This document shows positions 12,748 through 23,860 of a DNA stretch of 64,000 bases, piece by piece. The DNA comes from Macrostomum lignano. Lineage: Eukaryota. A model generated the notes under the pieces. It saw nothing but the letters and a program-made list of their open reading frames with translations, ran no database searches and was not told the origin of the DNA. How positions within the stretch are numbered: position 1 is the first letter of the stretch; the number at the start of each line of letters is the position of its first letter. The stretch covers positions 1-64,000 of the forward strand of contig NIVC01003082.1 in assembly GCA_002269645.1 (NCBI GenBank), given 5' to 3'. A program made the translations under genes and the position numbers.

Positions 12748-14048
12748 CAGGGGCGTCGCCATGGATTTTATGGTGGGGGACAAAGCCAACAATTCTACAT
12801 GTACATGTACATGACTGGATTCCTACATGTACATTATTTTCAGATTCGGTATGTCAGCACTCAATTTAGCGCCGCAGGCACTCATTTTAGCGCCGCAGGC
12901 ACTCAATTTAGCGCCGCAGGCACTCATTTTAGCGCCGCAGGCACTCATGTAGGCGCCGCAGGCACTCATGTAGGCGCCGCAGGCACTCATGTAGGCGCCG
13001 CAGGCACTCATGTAGGCGCCGCAGGCACTCATGTAGGCGCCGCAGGCACTCATGTAGGCGCCGCAGGCACTCATTTTAGCGCCGCAGGCACTCATGTAGG
13101 CGCCGCAGGCACTCATGTAGGCGCCGCAGGCACTCATGTAGGCGCCGCAGGCACTCATGTAGGCGCCGCAGGCACTCATGTAGGCGCCGCAGGCACTCAT
13201 GTAGGCGCCGCAGGCACTCATTTTAGCGCCGCAGGCACTCATGTAGGCGCCGCAGGCACTCATGTAGGCGCGGCAGGCACTCATGTAGGCGCCGCAGGCA
13301 CTCAATTTAGCGCCGCAGGCACTCATGTAGGCGCCGCAGGCACTCAATTTAGCGCCGCAGGCACTCATGTAGGCGCCGCAGGCACTCATGTAGGCGCCGC
13401 AGGCACTCATGTAGGCGCAGCAGGCACTCATGTAGGCGCCGCAGGCACTCATTTTAGCGCCGCAGGCACTCATGTAGGCGCCGCAGGCACTCATGTAGGC
13501 GCCGCAGGCACTCATGTAGGCGCCGCAGGCACTCAATTTAGCGCCGCAGGCACTCATGTAGGCGCCGCAGGCACTCAATTTAGCGCCGCAGGCACTCATG
13601 TAGGCGCCGCAGGCACTCATGTAGGCGCCGCAGGCACTCATGTAGGCGCAGCAGGCACTCAATTTAGCGCCGCAGGCACTCATGTAGGCGCCGCAGGCAC
13701 TCATTTTAGCGCCGCAGGCACTCATGTAGGCGCCGCAGGCACTCATGTAGGCGCCGCAGGCACTCATGTAGGCGCCGCAGGCACTCATGTAGGCGCCGCA
13801 GGCACTCATGTAGGCGCCGCAGGCACTCATGTAGGCGCCGCAGGCACTCAATTTAGCGCCGCAGGCACTCATGTAGGCGCCGCAGGCACTCATGTAGGCG
13901 CCGCAGGCACTCAATTTAGCGCCGCAGGCACTCATGTAGGCGCCGCAGGCACTCATGTAGGCGCCGCAGGCACTCAATTTAGCGCCGCAGGCACCCAGAT
14001 CTTTTACGGGGGGGGACATGTCCCCCACCCCTGTTGGCGACGCCCCTG
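12748..14048 (-). mobile_element. hAT-type MITE (inverted relative to the other two) with about 55 units of the 21-bp repeat
   Basis: Perfect 14-bp TIRs CAGGGGCGTCGCCA (12748-12761) and TGGCGACGCCCCTG (14035-14048). Exact 8-bp TSD GTCTGATC at 12740-12747 and 14049-14056. Confidence 0.93.
12856..13995. repeat. 21-bp minisatellite (GCGCCGCAGGCACTCATGTAG and variants) inside the MITE
   Basis: Direct tandem repeat, about 55 units, with three variant types. Confidence 0.97.
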
Positions 14049-14371
14049 GTCTGATCATTTCAATTAAATTTGGGATGCCAATTAAACAGATGTCCTTATG
14101 CGTGTGGAAAATGCAGAATCCCAGCTAAAATTTCAAACGGAGATCGGGTTATTCTTAAATTTTCAATTCGAGTAAAAATTCTTACCTTGAAGCGATGGAG
14201 CTTTCATTAAAAATAAATCAATTTTCCGCTTCTTGGCTGGGCAGCGAAGCATAAATTATAGACAGTAGAAAACGACACTAAAACGGTTTTTTACCCCCAC
14301 AAAAGCTGTATCAGGTGACAAAGCTATCCTCTCCACTCAACAGAGGCAAGCCCGCAGGCAACCACACTCAC

Positions 14372-15649
14372 CCGCATGAGACTCAGCCGGGCAGAATTGA
14401 GATCCTCAGACCACAGTTCCGGCCACATGTAGTCCGAGCTCTCGGTGTTGTACTCGGTTCGCACGCACATGGTCTGCTTCACGTGCGAGCACTCATCTCT
14501 TAGCAGCCGCTCGAATGTGGCCTCGTTGGAGAATTGCGTGTAGACCCGAGCCAAGCAGAGAGCGTTCTCCAGTATAGTGGCGTTCGGGTACTCCGTCATG
14601 TTGAAGCACAGGTGCGGGGTTAGATTGTCGAATTTGAACACGGGCAGAAACGGTGTGTAGCAGTGGCAGGACTGATAGTACTGCTTGGCCGACACGTACA
14701 ATTTGCACAGGTTGTAGTCCAGCTTCACCCGACGCGACTGCTCCAGACTGGTGCCGTACATATCAACGTAGACTTCGGATTCGCGACAGTTTCTCTTCTC
14801 TCTGAGGTGGTGAGTGACCACGGCTTTGAAGTTGATGTGCTGGGAATGCCCGGGTACAATAAGGATGCCCTCTCCAGATGGCACAGTGTCTGGGTCGTGA
14901 AGATAAATCCGGGTGCCCTGGTGAAAGTAAGCCGAGTTAAACTTTTTATACGAGTGAAAGTCGTTCATGATGAAGAAGAACATCGACACGAGCTGGTGAG
15001 TATCGTTGGCCAGAGGGGCCAATCGTTTGATCTGGATAGTGTGGCACGGCAGGCGGTAGCGGCCAAACCAGGTAGTCGAGGTGACATTCTCTGCAGTGAG
15101 GTGCAGCAGTTCGCTGTTGTTGTCAATTTGCACATTGAGCGCAATGGCCCTTTGACCTCGGTTGTAAGCTACGCGAAAGATCATCCGTCGAGGGTCGGTG
15201 CCTTTCTCGGCAAAGCTCATTGTGGACAGTGCAAGAGTCAAATTCACCAGCAGCCTATCGTCGTCAGTAATCGTGCTAGAGTTGACTATCTCGCTCTCGC
15301 GGAACAGACGAAAGAACTCAATCATAGCGCTGGAGTTTTGATACCTCGACGCGTTATTCAGTTTCAATTGCCAGTCTTGCAGCTGGTCAGGATCCGATAG
15401 GCTCACTGGCACCTGGTTGCAAAATGTAAAGTCCGGCCAGTCAGTGAACTCAGCGTTGCTAAAGTACGAGGTCAGCATCGGCAAGGAGTGATAGTGCTGC
15501 AGAGTGAAGGACACATTGTACAGGAATGCTAGCAGGCCGCTGAAGCAGAGCGTGGCCCAGAAGATCTCGCCCAACCTACTATGCGCGTTGGCGGCGTGCG
15601 CCAAGCCGTGTACAGTGGAACGCTGGAACACTTCTTTGAGCTGATGCAT
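14372..15649 (-). CDS. DEG/ENaC-family (amiloride-sensitive) sodium channel, coding exon 1 of 2
   Basis: ATG at 15649. N-terminal STVHG motif, TM1 (IFWATLCFSGLLAFLYNV), FPxxTxCN-like WPDFTFCN and a Cys-rich thumb region. Donor CGG|GTGAGT at 14372/14371, phase 0 (426 codons). Confidence 0.92.
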
Positions 15650-17118
15650 TCAGCCGCCTTAATTGCTATAATATAGGCTATTCTCTGGCTGCAATTATAG
15701 ACCCTGAAGCTGGAAGCCTTACTGGAAAATTATCAAACTGTACTCGTAGTTCTAACTACGGGAGAATTAAAGCAGCCGCCGCATCGCTGATTGGTTGAAA
15801 GGCTTTAAAGGATCTGTAGAGCTGTTTATCCAATTGTAGGAGTTCCTTTGATGTTAATTATTTGATAAGACTAATTCGAGATGGCAAAAACTCTAATCAT
15901 AAATATTCTGCTCACCTTTGTTCAAAGGCTCAGAACTTTGTGGACTCCGGCCACTTATAGGCGGAAACATGAAGTGCCATTAAGCCAGAAAACAATTTAC
16001 ATGACAAAACCACTTGTCATGTTGGCCTTGTTGTGTGGGTTGTTGCAACAATGTTAGTATACATGCATGTTTTAGCTAGAATTAATGTGACATTTTTCTC
16101 GTCTAACATAATTTTAACAATGTCAAAAAGATCAAATTGTTTTATTTCGATTTCAGCTACAAATGTTCGAATTTACGCTACTGACAATTTGCTATACACT
16201 CTACTATAAGTAGCGAAATCAGATTTTTTGAATTATACTTTAATCAAAATTAAATTTGGGGGCTAATTAAAGCTTTTAAATTTACAGCTTTTAAATTACA
16301 AACACAATTGCAGCTAAACTGCAGTCTGCTTCAATAATTGGCTGCAGCAGGATCGAGGTATTCATATTTTGGTATCTGGCTTCAGTCTATTGACAGACAT
16401 TTGTCTCCGCGCAACTAATGGATCTCTTAGGGCAGAGGAAAACCGACAATGCACAATTTCTCGATTTCCTAGAAAGAGAGAGCAGGAGAGGCCCGGCACG
16501 GAGGCAGGGAGTGAAAGCTCAGTTTTTTGGGCAGGGGCGAGCTGAGAAAAAATATTCCCTAACAAGCCCCAAGACTACGACATGCGGTAGTGCAATCGCC
16601 CACTGGGAGGATCACTCAATACCCCCTCGAAAGGCAAAGGAAAATGCATGGGCGGGGAGGTCATGCACTACTGCCGGGGAGGCGAAATGAATTGCATTTC
16701 CCAGCAGGAGATGTCATTCATAACGGTGGAAAACAATAACTTAAAAGAAATACAGAATACGATGACGTGGATTTACCCGGAAATGTTTTTCTCTTGTGTT
16801 GGAAACGTGAAAAACGTAAAACAATGAGTGGGGGGCTGGGGTGGGGAGGGAGAGAGAGAGAGAGAAAGGAGAGGAGACACTCCCGTTCTGGTTCTGATGA
16901 TCCTCAGAACGCGCGGATGAGTACTTTACATCTATACACCTATGCATATGTGTGTGTGAATCTGTGTGCAGTGGCTGATGAATATGTACATGTATACATG
17001 TATTACATGTATATGTACCCTTACGTGAACTTTTTAGTACTTTTGAACATCTAAAGATAAGAAAAAACCATTGGGAAGGCTCCCACTGAGACTCAAACTC
17101 TTTATTTTAACTTAATAA

Positions 17119-17415
17119 GGGACATGTAGCCCTGTGGTCAGAGCGTCGAATTCGCGACTATAAGGTCAGAGGTTCGATTCCTGATCCCACGGGAACAACT
17201 TGTATTCATGAGCAAACCAGTTAACTCTGCATTGCTTCAGTTCACCCAGCTGTGGGTAATTGAGTGCCAGCATTAGCTGTGGGTAATTGAGGATGCGTGT
17301 GGCGACCCCCAGACTGAACAGCCGCACGTAGTCTTCAGATGCGCCGCGCAATAGCTGCACATCTGGCCTAATTAGGGCAGGCCCGCAGGTGTAATCAATT
17401 ATTATTATTATTAAT
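17119..17415 (+). mobile_element. tRNA-derived SINE, full length with (ATT)n tail
   Basis: GTAGCCTGTGGTCAGAGCG (A box), GGTTCGATTCC (B box), the shared body CTTCAGTTCACCCAGCTG...GATGCGCCGCGCAATAGCTGC, and tail CAATTATTATTATTATT. Confidence 0.88.
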
Positions 17416-18317
17416 TTAATATGAAAAATTTCATGGCAGACGAAACGACATTACTGTCAACCATTCTAGACGGAATTCCAATGAAAATTTGAGACTAGAA
17501 TGTGCTTTTGGGAATGGGGGGGGGGGTGAGCAAGCAAAATACTTCATAGCTTTTTTCTCAACTTTGCCTCAAAGACTCCCCCTATGCACCCGGAAAATGT
17601 TGTTGCGAGAGAAGAAAGAGCCAGAGAGAAGGTTAGGCGAGACACTGGGAATAATGGAAGGTTTGGGAGAAAGCGCGTGAGTTTAATTAATGCTTAAGAA
17701 GTGCAAAGGACTCAGTTGGTACGGGTGTAGAGAAACAGTCGATGAATGAAAGAGACGTGAGCTCAGTTGATGGCAGAGGATTAATCATCCGTATAGAGGC
17801 TAGAAAAAATGGTCTAATTACCTATCCGTTTTAATCAATACTGATAGCTATTTAACCTTCCTCACCAGGTGTACTAATATGAGGAATATTGCTTGTTTCA
17901 GTACCGCGTGCAGGAACCGCGAGCATGCAAAAGTGCCGTCTGCACCAGCCGGTTGATCAGGAACCGGTTGAACAGGTTGTCTCTCTGTGTGATTGATTTT
18001 AGAAAAACGGCTCAGATGATTTTCATGAAACTTGCAGAAGTTTATCCGTGACAATTTATGTGTCCTGACTAAAAAATGGATAAATTCTTAAGGGTTTAAA
18101 AATCGAAAAAACATGCTTTTTGCTTATTTTTTCAAGCATAAAAGGTGGTTATGTGGCATGCGATATCAAGGTAGATAACTAAAGTAAACCTATGCAGGAT
18201 GAAATGAATAATTGAATAGTGAGATTACCCGGAATGGAATATATTACCGTATGGGATATATATAGAAAGCTGTATGAAACAGTTCCATAAATTGGTTAAT
18301 ATTGGTTATATAATATT

Positions 18318-18321
<4 letters not shown>

Positions 18322-18354
<33 letters not shown>

Positions 18355-18505
18355 TGGTTATTATTGGTTATATAGGTGAAAACAAAGAAATGTGGGGCAG
18401 AACCGACAGACAAAAAAATCAACCGCGTTGCTTTGAGGGCTGCATAGAATACAGTTTGCCGAAATTAACGTGTATGGAAGCTGGAAACAGACTGGGAGAG
18501 GGAAA

Positions 18506-18545
<40 letters not shown>
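18322..18545. repeat. (TA)n and (GA)n microsatellites
   Basis: TA run at about 18322-18350 and GA run at about 18510-18545. Confidence 0.9.
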
Positions 18546-18548
<3 letters not shown>

Positions 18549-20101
18549 AGACTACGGGCTTAGCGAGAGTGACCGAGAGCAAGGAGGCCTAGAGCCAGAC
18601 CAACTTGTAGCCTGACTGCAGTACTTTAGAGTTTATACACAAAATAGTCAGGTCCCTGCCTCAGATTTCACTCAAGTGATAGTTCCGAGCTGTTTCGGTT
18701 TTATCCCTGTGAAATCCTACAGTTGTTTGAGAACGGGGGATGGGGGATCAGGGAAAAGTATAACAACTCCAAGTTCTGGGTCTGGGCCTCCTTGCCGAGA
18801 GAGAGGTTGGGAAGAGGCAGGGGGCAAACTTGAGGAAACACTGTTTGTTAGCAAGGGAGGGCCTATTGCCATGGTTACAGCAGGCTGGCTAGCAAGAGGA
18901 CGGTGGATGGGAGAGAGACGGAGCACGTGCTCCAGAGTCGCGTGCACTTGCTCTGGGGGGGGGGAGATGGCTAGTCGACTGACTAGCGAAGGCTTAAAAC
19001 CTCTCAGGTTTTCTGCGGACAAAATCAATAATTTTTAACTAAGGAACTGAAAGCTAAAGCAATTTCAATGGTTAGGCCTCAAACATTTTTCATTTGTATC
19101 CTACTGACGATCTAGCAATTTATTAGCAGCTTAGTTGCGAATAAGATTAAACTGAGTGATAGAAAATTGCAATTCATTTATAACCCCGTCCTTGACTGCA
19201 TAGCCGCCTCTCTGTGAAGCTGGCCTAGTGGTTGCTCCACCCCTATTCAGCATGGCCTCATACAAAACTTCAGTCTACTCCCCAGCCCAAAGCACTTCTA
19301 CCCACACAATCTCGCAGAACTGGGCTTGAAGCAAGCAGTGAAATACAGCGCTAAAAGAGGGGGAAGACAAAAGAGCGGATATTTTTATTCCCCCCTGGCT
19401 AAACTGCGATAGGTTAGCAGATGCGGGAGCTTTTTCATTGTTCATGCACGTTCAGTTTTATTATTAGATTTACAGGGGGAAGTTCAGAATAAAAAGAATT
19501 AAATCGTCAAATACAGTAAAATAAAGCAGTCTGAATTCTACATGTAACTACAAGTTAATACTGAACAGGAAGTTTACTCTTCACAGACTACTTTGCGACC
19601 CTGGTAACTCGTCTTCTTCAAACGGCGACGCACTGGAGATGCTTATGTCAGATTGCATGGGCTGGAAGGCTAAGATGCTCATGTTATGTCCTCTGCTTCT
19701 TCTACGATGACTATAATTCCAGTCTCGATTGACTCTTCTAAATTAACGATATTAAAAATCGAAGTCCGTGATGTTTAATTGAAGCGAGTTACCAGCGTAC
19801 TTTACATTTTATCCTGCAGCCGTGACTTGTTATTTCTTTCTCTTTTAGTCGAAGCTCAATAAGAGCACTCAAGTCAAGCACATAGACATAAGCACTGTAA
19901 TGCATAAAACAAATGAACTGATTAAAATTAACAAGCGTTGTATACGCAACAGTAAAATTAGAGCATACACAACAGCTCAGTGTTAATGCACGCTCGCAGT
20001 ATTAACTAGGCTGCAAAATGGTATAGCTAACCAAAAGACTACAACACTTGCTTCAGCGTTTAGGAACGATACTACACGATCGGAAAGGAACAATGTGAAC
20101 A

Positions 20102-20260
20102 ATGCGTCGACTGCTGTTTCGCTTCTCTCTGTTTCTGCTGATGAGCATCTTTGCAACCATGTGGCTGAGTAGAGAAAGAAAATCAGGCTCGTCTGCTAGA
20201 TATATCAGACAGAATCACTCCTGGACGAGGCCATCATCGAATAGTTCGAAGCTCGAGTAA
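20102..20260 (+). pseudogene. Truncated 5' paralog of the GT32 gene (52-aa micro-ORF: TM anchor plus stem)
   Basis: MRRLLFRFSLFLLMSIFATMWLSRERKSGSSARYIRQNHSWTRPSSNSSKLE* aligns with residues TRLLFRFSLLLLICIVATMWLSSGRKSASYIGQHLFWTRSSNSSKLE of the ORF at 21709. Nucleotide identity is clear. Confidence 0.8.
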
Positions 20261-21708
20261 ATTTTATTTCTAGAAAGCATATGTTTACATTTAGAAGAGT
20301 GAATATTAAGACAATTTAAAACGCTTAGAGAAAGATGCATTTTGCCAGACGGATCGATTGTAAGAAAAATAAACGCTGGCAATGGATTCCGGTAGCTATA
20401 TTTCAAACTAAAATATAAGATTATTACAATCTTTGGTAGTACTATTACAAGTTGGTCTAAGACGGCGTTAAAAAGACTCTTCAGGAAAGATAGCAGGGAA
20501 GTAGCAGCATGTTGAGCTCCTTCAAAGCAGGAAGTTCAATTAGCACGAGTTTAACTAAGACCTACTCGAGTATCCGGCAAATGGAGCAATTTAAGGACAA
20601 ATCGATCGATAGATTATCGGAACCAGAAAACGGAGAGATTCGTCACACATTTCAAGGCATGTTTTCTTATATACAAGCTCGTACAAGAATAACAGGATTT
20701 AGTCACATCGACATGTACTGGGCCGAGTGAAATTAAAGTGAGGAAGTTGAATATAAGAAATCTTCATTCCTTTAGTCAAGGCTCAGTGAAATAGAAAGCG
20801 ATTTTCGCTAAAGTTTTGCTTCACAGTTGAAGAAAAGACAAACAAGAATCAAATCTTCCCAAAGACTTGTTGTACAAGTCTATCACGACGGTCTTGAATG
20901 CTGATGAATTGATTATTTTGTGATTATCTATCCAGAGCTAAATTGACTATAATTAACTTTTTGGGTCACTCTGCCGCTTTGATAAAAAAGCTACCCACCG
21001 GATCTCCTTGCAAATATACTGTATAATTCCTAGCGTTTTGGTTTGCAGCCAACTAGGATCGGAGTCTGCTTTGAGATCGTAAATTTGGTTTTCCCATTCG
21101 TGTAACAATACCAATTCTCGTGCCGTCACGCACTGCCTGCACGTGCACTGACTGAGCAGATAGACATTCCAACTGTAAACCATTATTGAAATGCGCGACT
21201 CTTTAAAAAATGCGTGGGCTAAAAACACTGCAGCTGCAAACTCCGGCTAATTTCTGGCCAATCGGTGACAAACGCGTCCACGAACGCTTTTCTGCTCTGC
21301 CTGTCACCACTCAGCACTTCCCTCTCTACCCACTGCCTGTCCTGTACAGTCTGCTTGCCTCATGCGTCCTCCCAAGAAGACTTAGCTAGTAAAAAGCGGC
21401 AGCCTATTCCCAAGCTCACACCGAGAATCGAGCTCTCTCCCTCGCTGCATCGGAGGGCTGGCTTAAAGCAAACATTAAAAGCGGCGGGAGAAAGGCGACA
21501 GAGAAGTAGTAAGGAAGAAGGCGTTTGAAAGTTTTCCCAGTTCTTTGCCTCGTTTGCTCGTCAAGGATTCTGTTCAGGTGAAAATTGCCTTCTGACTCGG
21601 AGCCGAATTTTTATTCCAATTTGCTGTCTACCTTCTGCGATGGAGTGCACTTCAATCAAAGAAAAATTGTAGAGCCTAACCGTTAAAAATATGTTGCAGC
21701 TATGAGCG

Positions 21709-22899
21709 ATGACAGCTAAAATGATGCTGGTATGTCGCGTCTTTCAAAGCATGGGCTTCTATAGCAAGCACGGTAAATTAACTCGACTGCTGTTCCGCTT
21801 CTCTCTGCTTCTGCTGATTTGCATAGTTGCTACCATGTGGCTGAGTAGCGGAAGAAAATCAGCTAGTTATATCGGACAGCATCTTTTCTGGACGAGGTCA
21901 TCGAATAGTTCGAAACTCGAGCGAGTCCTGACAATGGTAAAGCTTCAACCAGACTACAAACCCGATGCTGCTAATCTGGCACTGCTGAGAAACGGAAGCG
22001 TGCGCTGTCGCGACGTCCAGTCTCTGTTCCCGAACAGGATACCGCCAGTCATCCACTGGACCAACGCCGATCAGAGAGTACTGAAGAAGCACCACAAAAT
22101 GCTGCGTTCGTGGCGCAAAGTGCTAGGAGATTCCTTCGCCTACATGTACTGGGAGGACAAAGACATCAACAAGCTACTCGATTTGCACTATCAGAGCCTC
22201 AGACCGTTTTACCAGAAACTAAAGGCCGGCATAATGAGGTCTGACATCGGCAGGCTGATCATCTTGCACCATGTCGGCGGTGTGTACTCCGACTTGGACG
22301 TCAATTTGCTAAGAAATATTAGCAGCTTTTTGCTACAATACTCGGCTGTGTGGTCGCAGGAGCCCATTGAGCACATCTACTACATGTACAAGCGGACTCA
22401 GCTACTGAGCAATGCGCTCTTCATGACGCAGGCCCGTCACAAATTCTTGGAATACGTGCTCAACGCCTGGCCGCCCTGGTTCCAATCGCAATGGTCTAAG
22501 AAAACTGGGACCCTTGGTGACCCGAACAAGGCAATTCACATAACTGGACCGCTAATGCTGAATTACTTCTTTGACAAATGTTCGAAGTCAAACTCTAGTC
22601 AAGCTGATTGCGGCGAATTGCACCTGGCCGATCCTGACGAGTTTCAACCGATTTGGGATTCTGGGTATGCTCAAAACATCGCCAAAAATCAGTGCTCAAA
22701 GCATCGCAAGACCATGAAGCCGGTGCAAATTAAGCACTGCGATTTACTAGCGAGCAGGAAATTCGAGATGCGACCAATCAACCGGAATGTTACATACGGG
22801 GTGCACAGGTTTCTTCACACAAGCTATCGAGTGAAATACAGCTTCGACAAGTCTAAACTGGCTAAAGACATTTTGCCGCTCAGTCATTGCATTATTTAG
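21709..22899 (+). CDS. Glycosyltransferase family 32 (DXD sugar-binding; MIPC-synthase/OCH1/A4GALT-like), type II membrane protein, 396 aa
   Basis: N-terminal TM anchor, then IPPVIHWT, RSDIGRLIILHHVGGVYSDLD (GT32 signature with DLD) and ITGP motif. Single uninterrupted ORF. Confidence 0.9.
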   Translation: MTAKMMLVCRVFQSMGFYSKHGKLTRLLFRFSLLLLICIVATMWLSSGRKSASYIGQHLFWTRSSNSSKLERVLTMVKLQPDYKPDAANLALLRNGSVRCRDVQSLFPNRIPPVIHWTNADQRVLKKHHKMLRSWRKVLGDSFAYMYWEDKDINKLLDLHYQSLRPFYQKLKAGIMRSDIGRLIILHHVGGVYSDLDVNLLRNISSFLLQYSAVWSQEPIEHIYYMYKRTQLLSNALFMTQARHKFLEYVLNAWPPWFQSQWSKKTGTLGDPNKAIHITGPLMLNYFFDKCSKSNSSQADCGELHLADPDEFQPIWDSGYAQNIAKNQCSKHRKTMKPVQIKHCDLLASRKFEMRPINRNVTYGVHRFLHTSYRVKYSFDKSKLAKDILPLSHCII

Positions 22900-23559
22900 A
22901 CCCGATTGTGCCAGGTGCTGAGAAAAAATTTAACTATTTAGTATCTCATAAACAGGTTGCTCATTGCTGGAAATGAACTAATTTTAGATAAAAGAGATGT
23001 AAACTTAAGCAGCGAAAAATAAAGCGTAAAAGTTCTGCTCTGGGCAAGACCGACTGCAATCGGTCGAGAATCCAGGTACGAGCGTAAGGGGACCTGGATT
23101 CTCGGCATGTCTTGGCCAACTGGCCTGACTAGTTACCGATCGCATCGCTTTGGTCCGGAGCTCAGCTTCAGGCTTTATGTCAGTGCTTAAGTTCGCTTCT
23201 CCTTTGATGCAAATATCGGGTCATCTTTCAATCAGATCCAGTGGAATCATAGATTGTCAGTTTCCAGCAATGACTTCTTAATTAGCGTGAAATCTCTAGG
23301 TATGATTAACCACCTTGGCACTGCATACACAATTAACTGTATTTTACGATTATTTGATGAGCAAATAGCTTTTCTACTTTCGTGGATGCTTAAATAAAGT
23401 CTGTGACATACGGAGTGAAAGTCTGATGATGATGGGCAAACCTTCCTGCGTACGTCACAGTCTAATTTAAGCAATCCTTATTCCCTCCATTAACTATAAT
23501 ATGTCTGCTTTGTTTTGTTTTCCTTTAGTATATATATATTCAGCGACAGCTAACCCCAG

Positions 23560-23860
23560 CCCCTTCAACGGACGCTAAGTTAAGGATGTCTGGTACTGCC
23601 AGGCATTCAGAACCGCCTGTGCAAACTGTTCAGCATTCTGCGGGGCTCCCTACTGAACTCTTCGCTTTACGAAGGTCCCGTAGACTTGCTCGATGGGGTT
23701 CATGTCTGGAGAGCATCTGACGGCCTGTTTAAATGTGCGGATCGCTTTGCGAAACATCCCCTCTTTCAGTTCCTTTCCCGATGGCAAGAAAGTTTTGGCC
23801 CGTGTGGCAGCGTGAGTTGTGGGGGGGGTTAAGCTGTTGCTGATTACATAAGTAAACATA
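23560..23860 (-). mobile_element. Tc1-like transposase fossil (C-terminal part of the DDE domain)
   Basis: CSPDMNPIEQVYG matches the Tc1 SPDLNPIE motif, followed after a stop by PQNAEQFAQAVLNAW. Upstream HAATRAKTFL. Frameshifted. Confidence 0.75.

Noticed and set aside
12799-14067. 422-aa and 411-aa ORFs on opposite strands (AAGTHVG / SACGAYM repeats)
   Set aside because: They are stop-free frames of a 21-bp repeat inside a TSD-flanked MITE within an intron, with no non-repeat coding context. The same applies to the ORFs at 3845 and 5204-5533.
14663-15400. 245-aa plus-strand ORF
   Set aside because: Antisense shadow of the ENaC exon, with no recognisable motif. The ORFs at 1313-1633, 25986-26375 and 44368-44733 are similar shadows.
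16584-16599. Minus-strand GCG-ATTGCACTAC-CGC hairpin resembling U1 snRNA loop II (U1A site)
   Set aside because: The U1 5' end (ATACTTACCTG), loop I and a proper Sm site/terminal stem are not identifiable. Probably chance; an Infernal/Rfam scan would settle it.
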